From assembly GCA_951406725.2 (NCBI GenBank), contig OX597821.1:110422001-110486000 (forward strand): a stretch of 64,000 nucleotides of DNA, in the 5' to 3' direction. Below, piece by piece: positions 29,287-42,869 of this stretch (position 1 is its first letter; each line of letters begins with the position of its first letter). Source of the stretch: Octopus vulgaris. Taxonomy: Eukaryota. Both the position numbers and the translations under genes were made by a program. Under the pieces are notes generated by a model. The model was not told the origin of the DNA, did not search any database, and saw only the letters and a program-made list of their open reading frames with translations.

Positions 29287-29880
29287 GGCGAGCTGGCAGA
29301 ATCGTTAGCATTCCGGAAAAAGTGTTTTGCGGCATTTCGTCCGTCTTTATGCTCTCAGTTCGGGCTCAGTCCCACCGCGTGGCACCTTGGACATGTCTTC
29401 TACTATAGCCTTGGAGCGACTAAAGCCTTGTGAGTGGATTTGGTAGACGGTGACAGAAGGAAGCCCGTCGTATATATATATATATATATATATTAATAAA
29501 AAGAATTCCAACCTTGTCTGATTTTCACGTTTTATTTACAATCTTATAATGATATATTATAAGATAATATATTATAATTGAATAAAATGTATGTATGTAT
29601 GTATGTGTATATACACATATGTGTGTGTGAGTATGAGCGTGTATGTGGGTATCTTTGTGCCTGTGTTTATGTTCCACCATCGCCTGGCTATTGGTGTTGG
29701 TTTGTTTAGAACCCGTAACTTAGCGTTTTGGCGAGAGACCGATAGATTAAGCATCATACTTTAAAAAAAAAATGCAGTTCTAGGATCGATTCATTCGACT
29801 AAAAACTTTTGAAGGCAGTGCTGCAGCATGGTCGTAGGCTAATGACTTGAATGAAGTCAAAAAAAATAAAAGCTAAAAGA
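29287..29880 (+). mobile_element. SINE group C head joined to a group A body
   Basis: GGCGAGCTGGCAGAATCGTTAGC (C head) switches at about 29358 to GTTCGGGCTCAGTCCCACCGCGTGGCACC (A body). Confidence 0.65.
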
Positions 29881-30902
29881 TTAAAATGGAATCGACATCC
29901 GAAGAAAAAAATGATGCAAATAACGTAATATGGCGGCCATCACTGAGGTGTGGTTTGAGGGAGATTTACTTGTTATTTTCAGATGGTTAGATGACAACTG
30001 GATTGTCTTGTATCTTTACCAAAGCCTGATATATCTCATAGTAAAAACATTTACTGGTAGGAACGTTTTCCATAGCTGCGATATTTCTCTGTTGTTATTT
30101 ATGTAAATATAAAGATTTCATACAAATGTGAAACGTGTAAAAAGAAAAGGTGTGAACTTGCATAAAACATGACGAAATATATTTTAAATGACATTCTAAA
30201 TTTGAGTTTCATCTCTACATTTTATTTACCGTATATCTTTTGGTAGACTTCAACAAAAATATTCTTCGTTTGTATTTCGTTTTTGGATTTGGTTTGCAAG
30301 ATTCTTTATGTGAGTTCGTGTGTTGAAGCATATTCTGTTGTGTCTGGGGAGAATCATTTTCTTTTTTGTGTCTTATAATGTAACACACTCACCGGTGAAA
30401 TTTCCACTCATTTCTTATTTTTATTTTCCAAAAATGTTCGTTGCGTCTTGCAACCTTTTCAATAGTTTTGACTCTTCGTTTGCCTTTCATCTTTTACTTG
30501 TTTCAGAGTTTTTAGACTGCGTCCATACTGGAGCACTGCCTTGTGGAGTATTATAGTCGACTGAATCGCCCAATGTATTTTTAAAGCATGGAACTTATTC
30601 TACCGGTCTCTCTTTTGCGAAAGGGCTTAGTTGCAAAGTTGTAAACACACAAAACGGTGGTGGGGAACATAGACACAAAGACACAAATTCATATACAAAT
30701 GTGTGTGTGTGTGTACAATGAAATTTTTGCACAAAATCCACTCACAAGACTACAGGAGAAGACTGTTGACCAAGGTGCCACGCAGTAGGATTGAGTCCGC
30801 ATGGCTGTGTGGTTAACAAGCATACTTTGCAAGATCGTGATTTTGGGTTCAATCCCACAGCACGGCACCTTGGGTAAACTTCTGCTATAGCCAATTCGAA
30901 TA

Positions 30903-31132
30903 TATTCGAAGGAGTGCCGAAAGGATCCTGACTTTAAGGGTATCGCGAAAGGCCTGGCTGGAGACCCAACCTTCCGAGTTCTTTCTTCAGGGCTTAGAAA
31001 GAACGAAGGAACGCTGCAATAAGTTTGTGAATCTGAGAGGGGAATAATGTTGAATAATATTATAATTAACTGGTCTTCCCGTATTTTCCTTTACTCAAAG
31101 CCAGGAAGGAACTTTCCGCATCTCCTTGTGTA
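30903..31132. mobile_element. Mariner-type MITE, degenerate TIRs
   Basis: Left TTCGAAGGAGTGCCGAAAGGATCCTGACTTTAAGGGTA resembles the reverse complement of the right end, TACACAAGGAGATGCGGAAAGTTCC..TGGCTTTGAGTA. Confidence 0.5.
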
Positions 31133-31157
31133 AGTATGTATATAAATACAAATATAA

Positions 31158-31270
<113 letters not shown>

Positions 31271-31360
31271 CATGTACATATACATATATACATATATATA
31301 TATATAAATATATATAATATATATATATATATACACATATATATAAATATATATATATAC

Positions 31361-31444
<84 letters not shown>

Positions 31445-31595
31445 GAAAGATGAATAATCTTGTAGTAGATTAATCAAAAGTTTAACCGATACCTTAGTAG
31501 CAAAAATCACAGCAGTAAAACAGCACGGTTGGAGGTACAACCATATGGTGTTGCAACCGTGCGTTGGTGCGGATAATTGAAATTAGAACATTATT

Positions 31596-31854
31596 GGTGA
31601 ATTGAAGAAATGGAGCTGAACGCAGATTGAACAGAAATCGTTTTATTTCATTCTACACGTGTTTCGAAAGGCACAAATTACCAAAATCCGATGGAATAAT
31701 GGGACCATATTGTGTCTTTCTCTTCAGGAAGAGAAAGACACAATATGGTCCCATTATTCCATCGGATTTGTAATTTGTGCCTTTCGAAACACGTGTAGAA
31801 TGAAATAAAACGATTTCTGTTCAATCTGCGTTCAGCTCCATTTCTTCAATTCAC

Positions 31855-31855
<1 letters not shown>
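31596..31855. repeat. Near-perfect palindrome (about 128-bp arms, 4-nt loop)
   Basis: GGTGAATTGAAG...CTTTCTCTT CAGG AAGAGAAAG...CTTCAATTCACC; one small indel between arms; followed by (TA)n. Confidence 0.95.
31651..31730 (-). ncRNA. Minimal type I hammerhead ribozyme, canonical core
   Basis: Minus strand reads TTC-CTGAAGA-GAAAGACACAA...TTGTGCCTTTC-GAAAC-ACGT-GTA-GAA: stem II pairs 10 of 11 bp, palindromic loop 3 ACGT, GUA triplet. Confidence 0.8.
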
Positions 31856-31895
<40 letters not shown>

Positions 31896-32429
31896 CATAC
31901 ATGCATGCATACATATACATACATACATACATATATATATATTATTTTTTGGGCCATATAACGAGACACGCGCTTTTTGGGGGGGTCTATCTACTCTTTC
32001 CTCCATTTCCTCTTCTTTGGAGTTTTTCGTCTTTCTCTCGAAGAACCGTCTCGAAGAACCGTCTCCAAGACGTCATTTCTGCTGCTATTTTTCCATTTAA
32101 AACTTTCACTGAGAACCAATCTAATAAATTCATTTTCTATGTCCAATTGAATTTTGTTGTTTTCTTTTTTACTGTTTCTTTCTTATCTTGGATTCGCCTG
32201 TGTGGTAAAAAGCTTGCTTCCCAACAAAGTGGTTCCATGTTCAGTCCCACAGCGTAGCAACTTTGATAAGTCTCTTCAAGTATAGACTTGGGCTAAACAA
32301 AGTATTTTCTTTTCAAATTTTTCAAATTTCTTTACCTATATCGTGTCATGTCTTCGCTATGTTGTGAAATATGGAGTTCCAGGCAGGAAAGGTAATCAGG
32401 GATTTTTTGCGGTATAAGGGTGATAATCA

Positions 32430-33420
32430 AACATGAGGTGAGTTTCCTTATTTAAAAATGTTAGAAATGGTTAAGTTTTGGCTAATATTTTTCAATGAAG
32501 AAGGTTTCCTCATTTAATCTAACTTGTGTTGGTGTTCCAGATTCATGCCACCCAAGACACACCAAAACAAACATCCCTTCAACCTTGTAAGAAGGATATG
32601 CACAATAGTGTCAGAACAAAATACCAGAAACTTTAGACTGCAATGACTCAAAAACACCCTAATTGACAGAAACTACCCAGTTCAACTCATAGAGGATGGA
32701 ATCAGACGTGCAACACAAATCGACATAGAAACCTTAAGAAAAGTTCAACACAGCAACACACCTTCCCCGAAAATACTGCCGTACATATCCACATGCAACC
32801 CCAGAACAAAGAAGCCTTCACCATCATCACCCCAAATTTACCAATGCTACACAAGGACCCCAGATTAAAGGAAATTTTACACATACATAAAATCATTAGA
32901 AGCTACAAACAACCGAAATCACTAAAAATGATCCTCACAAACGCAAAATTGTTTTCTGAAATAACGAATGCAAAAGTGAAAAATTGCCCAAGCTTTCTAG
33001 AAGGATCAGAATTCCTCTTCAAAGAGGGACAAAAATTCAAAATCAAATCTAATTTTACTTGTGCTTCAGAAAACCTAATTTATATCATAAGACGCTTGGG
33101 TTGCCACCAAAACTACATAGGGTCCACGGGATTATCGCCCAGACGCAGATGCACTCTGCATCTACAGCAGATTGCATTCCCAGAATACAGAATGATACCC
33201 TTTAGTGAACATATTGAGAAATGCGCAAAGCACGTACTACCACAATTTATAATCTTTCCATTCTATCAATGTGCCATTGGAACATCAACTCAAGTTAGAT
33301 TAAATAAGGAAACCTTCTTCATTGGAAAATATAAGCCAAAACTTAACCATTTCTAACATTTTTAAATAAGGAAACTCACTTCATTGAAAACAATATAAGG
33401 CAAAACCTAACCACTTGTAA
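32430..33420 (+). mobile_element. Penelope-like element: RT C-terminus plus GIY-YIG endonuclease, with an upstream inverted 3' segment
   Basis: SCHPRHTKTNIP...RRICTIVS...RNYP, then ORF 32793-33356 with NLIYII...NYIGSTG...RRR..LH...RLNKE.FFI..YKPKLN; about 32438-32527 is the reverse complement of about 33291-33380. Confidence 0.9.
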
Positions 33421-33464
33421 CATTCTGTTCCTTCTAAACAAAATCATGTTAAATTAGTCATTCC

Positions 33465-33726
33465 CAGTTACGCACTGTGGTCGATATAATCGACTTAATC
33501 CGTTTATCTGTACTTGTTTGTCCTCTCTGTGTTTAGCCCCTTGTGGGTAGCAAAGAAAGAGGTATTTCGTCTGTCTTTACGTTCTGAGTTCACATTCCGC
33601 CGAGGTCGATTTTGCATTTCATCCTTTCGTGGTCGATGAATTAAGTACCACTTGCGTACTGGGGTTGATCTAATCGATTGGCTCCCTCCCCCAAAGTTTC
33701 GGGCCTTGTGCCTATAGAAGAAAAGA
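33465..33726 (+). mobile_element. SINE group C, multimer remnant
   Basis: Tail 1 (AATCCGTTT...AAAGAAA) is followed by a new core GTATTTCGTCTG and tail 2 (GGGCCTTGTGCCTA). Confidence 0.8.
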
Positions 33727-34163
33727 ATCTAGAACCACCTGCTAAACACGTAAAAGACTCAGTGTACATATGATGTGTTTATATGTTCGTGTACGTCCAT
33801 TGTATGTGTTGTATGCACGTATTTTTCACACTCATATGAAGTGTTTTTATAATATCTCTTTTATTATTTTATTTCCTTTCTTTTAATCTCTGTTTCTGTT
33901 GCTGTGTACATTTATATTGGCAAAACATTTATGTAGGCGGCTAAAAGAAATGTGTTTTGTCATGGAATAATATAATATACGTGGACGAAATTTACGATAA
34001 TGTAGAATAATATGTTGGAATAGCTTCTCATAAAAGACACAAATATTCATACACAGGAATATTAACTTACACATACATATACACAGACACAAACGTAAAC
34101 ACGTAACACCCTTACATACATACGTTTGTGCGCGTGTCTGTCTGCCTCTGTCTGTCTGTCACT

Positions 34164-34271
<108 letters not shown>

Positions 34272-34278
34272 ATGTCTG

Positions 34279-34343
<65 letters not shown>

Positions 34344-34684
34344 AGGTAGATAGATAGATAGATAGACATGTACATATGTGTGTGTGTGCTTGATGCTTTA
34401 AAGTGATAAACACATACACATATATATATACACACACACACATACACACACACATATATATATACATATATATACATATATACATATATACATATGTACA
34501 TATATATATATACATGTATACATACATATATACATATGCATACGCACACAAACATATGCGTGTGTGTGCGCACGCGCGTGTGTGTCTGTGTATGTACATG
34601 TGTGTGTGTTAATAAACAGCCATACATTCATGACCGTGTTAATTTTTATTAATGAGATATGTACATACATTCACACACACACAC

Positions 34685-34779
<95 letters not shown>

Positions 34780-35169
34780 TATGTATATGTATATACATGC
34801 ACATGCATATATGTATACGCACATTAACGTACGAAAATGGACCGAGATTGGATGATTGGAACATAGATATTGGAAGAGTGATGAAGGAGAAAATGGGGAG
34901 GAGAAGTGGGGAAACACAAATTAGCGCCACCTACATTCATTAAGTCCCATCAATCACCTTTTCGCGGTTGATTAGAAAATTATAACACACGACAAACATG
35001 CATACATGTGTGTATGTGTGTGTGTGTGTATGTACACATACAAGTGCAAAGCGACACTGACGCTTACACATACAAATAAATATTAGACATGTTCACACAC
35101 ATATTGATACAAAGACACATATAAAACGCACACGCACACATACATACATATATATAGACACATAGATGC

Positions 35170-35215
<46 letters not shown>

Positions 35216-35455
35216 GATATATACACAAATGTATATATATATGTGAATATTTGTTTTTATGTTCAGTTAAAGTAAGAAGAATTTTACATAAATCTGGTGG
35301 TTTACTCAATACTTTTGTAGAGTACAAATTTATCATTTTTCAAACATCTCTTTTGACAGTGACTTCGAACTTTTAGCCAGCTAAGCCATAATCGGACTGT
35401 ATATATACATATATACATACATACACATACATATATACATACATACATACATACA

Positions 35456-35509
<54 letters not shown>

Positions 35510-35757
35510 TTCGTCTGCCGTTACGTTCTGAGTTCAAATTCCGCCGAGGTCGACTTTGTCTTTCATCCTTTCGGGGTCGATAAATTAAGTACCAGTTACG
35601 CACTGGGGTCGATGTAACCGACTTAAGCCCTTTGTCTGTCCTTGTTTGTCCCCTCTTTGTTTAGCCCCCCCCCTGTGGGCAATAAAGAAACATATATATA
35701 TAATATATACATATATATATATATATATATTGTTGTATTTAGGAAGCTGAAGAACAC

Positions 35758-35914
<157 letters not shown>

Positions 35915-36346
35915 AACACGCTCATACAAATATAAGTGGATTTCTGTAGGGTAAAGTTTTATTCGAAGTTTTCCACTTACTGAGATAAATGAGTAACAAA
36001 ACACAACAAAAGAAGATAAAAATAAGAAAAAGAAAAGCAGAACATATATACAACAACAAAAAAAAAAGCGATGGAAGAAAATGAGATGCAAAATTCAATA
36101 ACAAAGCAACGAAAATATTCCTCGAGAAATTGTTTTATAACAAACAATGCTATATTTTCTACTTCACGATGGAAACAAAAAGAGCTTAAAGCGGATGTTG
36201 AAATGAACATAATCTAGTGTTGGAAACATGCTATTTGAAACAGATGAATCCAATTATGCTATCCATATGATATATACATGCATGAATATATACCTACATT
36301 ATTACATTCGAGCACAATGTGAGCATAGAAGCATACATATTATATT

Positions 36347-36950
36347 TAAGGCGGCGAGCTGGCACAAACGTTAGCACGCCGGGCAAAATGCTTAGCCGTA
36401 TTTCGTCTGCTGCTACCTTCTGCGTTCAAATTCCGCCGAGGACGACTTTGCCTTTCATCCTTTCGGGGTCGATAAATTAGGTACCAGTTACGCACTGGAG
36501 TCGATATAATCGACTTAATCCGTTTGTCTGTCCTTGTTTGTCCTCTCTGTGTTTAGCCCCTTGTGGGTAGTAAAGAAATAGGTATTTCGTCTGCCGCTAC
36601 GTTCTGAGTTCAAATCCAGCCGAGTTCGACCTTGTCTTTCATCCTTTCGGGGTCGATTAAATAAGTACCAGCTACGCACTGGGGTCGATATAATCGACTT
36701 AATCCGTTTGTCTATCCTTGTTTGTCCCCTCTGTGTGTAGCCCCTTGTGGGCAATAAAGAAATAGGTATTTCATCTGTCTTTACGTTCCGTGTTCAAATT
36801 CCGCAAAGTCGACTTTGCCTTTCATCTTTTCGGGGTCGATTAGATAAGTACCTGTAACGCACTGGGGTCGATATAATCGACTTAATCCGTTTGTCTGTCC
36901 TTATTTGTTCCCTCTGTGTTTAGCCCCTTGTGAGTAGAAAAGAAATAGGT
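36347..36950 (+). mobile_element. SINE group C tandem trimer (about 184-bp unit)
   Basis: One head AAGGCGGCGAGCTGGC, then GTATTTC(G/A)TCTG-core-tail units starting at about 36398, 36582 and 36765. Confidence 0.9.
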
Positions 36951-36967
36951 AATTAACGTCCAAGAAT

Positions 36968-37270
36968 CTTTCTAAAGTTCAAATTCCACTTGGAAAGAAC
37001 AAGATTTCAAGACGTCAAAGAAATCCATGAAAATGCAGCGAAGCAGCTGCTCGCTATCCCTCCCCCTCCCCCCAAATCCAGGAAATCCAGGAATTCTTCC
37101 ATCAATGGAAACGACGCTGGATAAAGTGTGTGGTGACTTGAAAAGTGGATAACGTCGAAGGAGATTAAATACCGAATTCATATGTATTATAGCTTTCCTT
37201 TTATGGCACCAGTCCTCAGGACCGCTTTCTGATAAGACTTCGGGAATATTTTTTGATCAGACCTCGTGTA
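36968..37270 (+). mobile_element. Mariner transposase C-terminal relic and right TIR
   Basis: FLKFKFHLERTRFQDVKEIHENAAKQLLAIP...QEFFHQWKRRWIKCV...VEGD*; the end TTTTTGATCAGACCTCGTGTA resembles a mariner TIR. Confidence 0.75.
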
Positions 37271-37634
37271 ACAGGCTCTCTTTTAACATTGTTCAATAAC
37301 AATAGTAAAAGAGATTTAGTAATAAATACGAAAACATACAACCAAATGTGTTTATATTCGCTGGTTTCTTTCCTTAGATTGCGGTATTATAGGGCCCTGC
37401 CTTCATAGCTTTTATAATCGATTATATCCTCTGCTGAGCAATCGATAGATGGTAGATAAGTGGTTCGAGTTCCGTATAGTGGGTCTTGTTTCTCTTTGTT
37501 TTATTAGTTTCTTTCTTTTGGTTTTCAGCTGAAGTTTGGTGCTTTCAATGCCTAATATCATAATTATCTGTCTCTCAAGAACTCGTTCTATTTTATTTAT
37601 TTATCCTATTATTAACTGTCATATACACATATAT

Positions 37635-37670
<36 letters not shown>

Positions 37671-37754
37671 ATACACCTATATGTACATACGCAAATATAC
37701 ACACTCATGTATTGCGTATATATGTATATACATCCATACATATATGTATATGTA

Positions 37755-37842
<88 letters not shown>

Positions 37843-38012
37843 TATATATACATATATATGTATGTATATATTAAATTATATTATATTACATATTGTACAT
37901 ATATATACATAGAGAGAGACACAGATAGACACACAAATATACACAGGCATGCACACACACACACACATATACGAATATACACGTATATTGACGAATATAC
38001 ACGTATATATTG

Positions 38013-38046
<34 letters not shown>

Positions 38047-38089
38047 GTATATAGATACATCATATATATGCAACATATTATTATTATTA

Positions 38090-38152
<63 letters not shown>

Positions 38153-38277
38153 CATTATTATTTTCGAATATAATTTATCGTTATCATTAGCTAAATTAAC
38201 TGCGACGCAATTTTCAAACAACCGGATTCAAAATGGCGTATGTTGATTTATGACTGATTTATAAATGCAAGCATTTC

Positions 38278-38309
<32 letters not shown>

Positions 38310-38548
38310 TTTCTCTATTTCTTCTTTCCTTTTGTTCTTTTCCTTTCTTTCCTTTTTTCACTTCTTTTTGTTCCCCCTCTTCTTCTTCTTTTCTTCCTTT
38401 CCTTCTGTTTACTCTTTTCGTGTATTCTCCGTGACTTCTATTCTTCCTGCTTTTCTTTCCTTCCTTTCTTCTTTCTTTCATTTCTTCCTTTCATATATAT
38501 TTTTGTCTTTATTCATTTCTTTTCCCACCCATCCCTCGCCCTCCAATT

Positions 38549-38628
<80 letters not shown>

Positions 38629-39229
38629 TGCATATATACATACACATATATATATATATTTATATTTATACATATATACACGTACATACACACTTACACA
38701 CATATATACATTTACATATACACACACACACACACATATATATATACACACACATACAAATACACACATCCCGTTCTGTATCTCTAGTTTTGTAAATAAC
38801 GATTATTTCATAAATCATGAAACTTCATGTTTCCATAGAAGAGAAAATTTATGCCAGAAACTTTGACTTTTGGTTCGAATATCGAAGCTCATCATGGCAT
38901 ATATTTTCCTTCGCTTCAGCGAACAATTCCAAAATACACCCACGTATTCTTGGGTAAGCTTCTTCTAGTATAACCACGATCCAACCAATCGACAATGCAT
39001 TTTACACAAACACACACACACGCGCACACACACACATATATATGTATTATGTATGTATGTATATATGTATGTATGTATGTACGTATGTATGTATGTATAT
39101 ATGTATGTATCTATGTATATATATATGTATGTATGTATATATATATATATATATATACATATATACATAATATATATGTATATATATATTAATGTATATA
39201 TATATATACACATATATACGTAATATATA

Positions 39230-39375
<146 letters not shown>

Positions 39376-39399
39376 ACGTATATGAATACATAAATATCT

Positions 39400-40170
39400 G
39401 CATCTAGTTCTAGAAGTTGTGGTTCGTAAACGAAAGACTATGCTGATGATATTGCAGATGTATATATATATTTTATTTGGTATATTTTCATTTGTCTTGC
39501 TTATTTTCATGCTTTGGGTTTTTTGCTGAATTTTTTCTTGAGAACTCATTCTCCGTGGAAAATGGCGATTTTGACGTCTCTATCTAGCATACAGGCTATT
39601 CTCCTTTAGTGGTCAATCCTCTAAATTTTGTATGTAAAAAATTTTTGATATTTGGATTTCTTTAAATATGCTAGGCCACTGGTTTTAGTTGACTAATATC
39701 TATTTCTACTCTTATTTAATTTACAAAAAAAAAGAAATGTTCTCTAGCCAGTAAATTGACTGCTGTAGTTTATTAACTCCTGAGTAATTTCCTATCTCAG
39801 CGCGCCAAAGTGAAGGCATTTGAAAGATACACATAAATATAATTTGTGGAACTTTATACAACGCTGGATTTCGGTCGAGCTCCCTGTATCTAGTTATAGA
39901 AATTGTGTTTTCATAAACGACAGACTATGCTGATGATCTTGCAGATGTTTATGTATTCATATACATAAATTATTAACAAGTGAAACTAATTAGTACATAG
40001 GTAATCGTTTTTTATTTGGTATATTTTCATTTCTCTTGCTTATTTTTACGCTTTGGTTTTTTGCTGAATTTTTTCTTGAGAACACATTCTCCGTGGAAAA
40101 TGGCGATTTTGACGTCTATATCTAGCATACAGGCTGTCCACTTTTAGTGGTCAATCCTCTAAATTTTGTA
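39400..40170. repeat. Diverged tandem direct repeat (about 39400-39632 and about 39886-40170) between (TA)n tracts
   Basis: ATCTAGTT.TAGAA...GACTATGCTGATGAT and TTTTATTTGGTATATTTTCA...GTGGTCAATCCTCTAAATTTTGTAT are both duplicated; resembles a PLE pseudo-LTR arrangement. Confidence 0.8.
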
Positions 40171-40301
40171 TATATATATATAAATTTAAATAATAAAGGT
40201 TAAAAAATTGATATCAATTGCATAAATTTTGATGGTTATCGCCATTTTATTTGTTTCGGTGTATCAGGCATTAGAATTTGTATATATATATATGTGTGTG
40301 T

Positions 40302-40369
<68 letters not shown>

Positions 40370-40784
40370 ACACAACGGGGATTTGTGTGTGTGTGCGTCT
40401 TTGTTTCTAAGGTTATCCCAGACCGCTTGAAAGGTGTAACTTAGCAGTGCTGCAGAAGAATCCGATAGCATAAGCGCTATACCTTGAAAAAGAAAGTAGT
40501 AGGTGTCACTTTGTTCGGCTAATCCTACAACACTGTGCTCCAGCATAGCCACAGTTCAATAATCGAAACAAGTAACATTGTGAAGGAGTAAAAGAGAACC
40601 GAATCGTTTGGGAGGAGAATTTTATTTATTTCTTGTTAATCTTAATCTTCAAGAATTATCCCAATAATCTATCTGTATGCAGACAAAAAACTTACTCCGC
40701 CAAAGTATGGGAATTTATAAGGGTTTTTGGGTTATTTGTTTCCTTTTCTTTTTTTTTTTTTTTGGTGTAGTTATTTCAGAAATC

Positions 40785-41202
40785 GGATCTTTTCGGTTTG
40801 AACGGCAGTTTTTTCTAGCGGTGTCATATGAAATTGTCACCCATAATTATGACCCTATTATCGATCTATTGCATTTCAATCTGTTTTAGGGTCAGGGTTA
40901 GGGTTAGGGGTGGAGGGAAGGGTATCTTTTTTCTTCACAAATGTAAATAAACCCAATCTGTTTCTTAAACGTGGGACATTCATACGGCACAGAATGTTTT
41001 CACCTCAATAGAAGTCATTGATTGGTTGAAATTGCAGAAACTGAAGAAAACAACAACAAATATCTTACAAACTATAGAATTTTCTCATAAAGCCAAGAGA
41101 AAAAGATGTTTTATGAACACATTCTACCAGTATACGAAGTTTAAAAGTGTTTAGTTACTTGGAAATTATTTTTAAAAACTGCCGTTCAAACCGAAAAGAT
41201 CT
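40785..41202. mobile_element. Complete MITE with 29-bp TIRs and 8-bp TSD (Merlin-like termini)
   Basis: TIR GGATCTTTTCGGTTTGAACGGCAGTTTTT with one terminal mismatch; TSD CAGAAATC at 40777-40784 and 41203-41210. Confidence 0.92.
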
Positions 41203-41497
41203 CAGAAATCTCATAAGAAGGTATTTGAGATTTTTATTTTAGACTTTTCAGGAATTGCTAAACGTTGGAAAATATTCATTTGTTTTGTTTGTAATTTTGA
41301 TAATATTAAAAATTAATTTCCACTTTTCTTTGGAGATAGGAGAGCTAAGTTCTGATTCCTTTTTTCCAGTTACTGACTCTTTCCGTTGGCTCCTATGTCA
41401 TTTTATATCTACATTCCAAACGCTTCAATTCCAATCCAAGAATAAATAAATAAAAAGAATACATGTTTAAATAACCTCATCGTATTTGCTGTTACAT

Positions 41498-41788
41498 GGG
41501 GTGGCGAGCCGGCAGAATCGTTAGCACGCCGGGCGAAATGCGTAACCGTATTTCGTCTGCCGTTACGTTCTGAGTTCAAATTCCGCCGAGGTCAACTTTG
41601 CCTTTCATCCTTTCGGGGTCGATAAATTAAGTACCAGTTACGCACTGGGATCGATATAATCGACTTAATCCGTTTGTCTGTCCTTGTTTGCCCTTTCTCT
41701 GTTTAGCCCCTTGTGGGTAGTAAAGAAATAGGTATTTCGTCTGTCGTTACGTTTCGAGTTCAAATTCCGCCGAGGTCGACTTTGCCTT
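41498..41788 (+). mobile_element. SINE group C, one full unit plus a partial second unit
   Basis: Head plus unit, with GTATTTCGTCTG restarting at about 41732. Confidence 0.88.
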
Positions 41789-42836
41789 ATTGATAACTAA
41801 GTAATAGGGGAAACAAGAGTAAAATAGACAGTAAATAAGGAACGAGATGTTAGTGTTAGGATTAGGCTTCTATTATTGCCTCATAAATATCGTAAATTTT
41901 GCCATAAATATACATCTAGAAAGATATATTTATTTATCATCGAGGGAGACAGTAAAAAGGAGAAGACATGTAAGTTATTGTGGTCATAAAACTGACCGAA
42001 AATGCGAGGAAAACGAGGGAAAAGCAAAGGTGATAACTAGAGAGAGGTGGAAGCAGAAAGTAAAAAGTTTCTGTGGGGGAAGAGGTGTGAGACGCCAGAG
42101 ATATATTATAGATTTAAAAGTGAGGGGTATGGAGAACGTGTCTGTTGCAAAAGTTGGGATCATAAAGTTGGGAATTACGCTGTGAGGTTATTTATTGCAC
42201 TGAGAGAAAGAGGGTCCCTGCCTCCTACACTTTGCTTCTCTCTCTTGCTCTGTATACGTCGTAAATTAACCTAATATGGCATCCGTATTTGGACGTTAGT
42301 ATATCTAAGTTTTATGAGAAGATGCACGATAAAATTTGAGGAAATTATGAAGACGGAGGCCTTCAAGAGGCCGCCATGTTTTATGAGAAAATCTGTGACG
42401 AATGTGCGAAACTTATGAATGTCGCGCTTTCAAGATGTTTAAAAAAAATTAGTGGAGTTTTTCTATAGCCTTCGATCATACGTGGGTTCCATCGGAGAAA
42501 ATGCAAAAGAGGACCTAACTTTATTTAATTGACTCATATAGGTCTTTCTAATCGCACGTGTTTGTAGGTGCGGCGCTGAGCCTCCATCACAAAGTGAGCC
42601 GGTTACATCCAATATAGCCTCTCGAAGTTGAATTCTGTATGACTAACAATGTAAAGATAGAACTTAACATTACATCCATACATACATACAAACATACATA
42701 AAGGCAGATAGATAGAAATGTATATCTATCTATATATCTATCTGTTAATATATATATACATATATATATATGCATATATATATATGCATATATATATACA
42801 TATATGCATACATACATACATACATACATACATACA

Positions 42837-42869
<33 letters not shown>

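Noticed and set aside
39443-39460. CTGATGA box in the 39.4-40.2 kb duplication
   Set aside because: No stem II and GAAA partner at a suitable distance.
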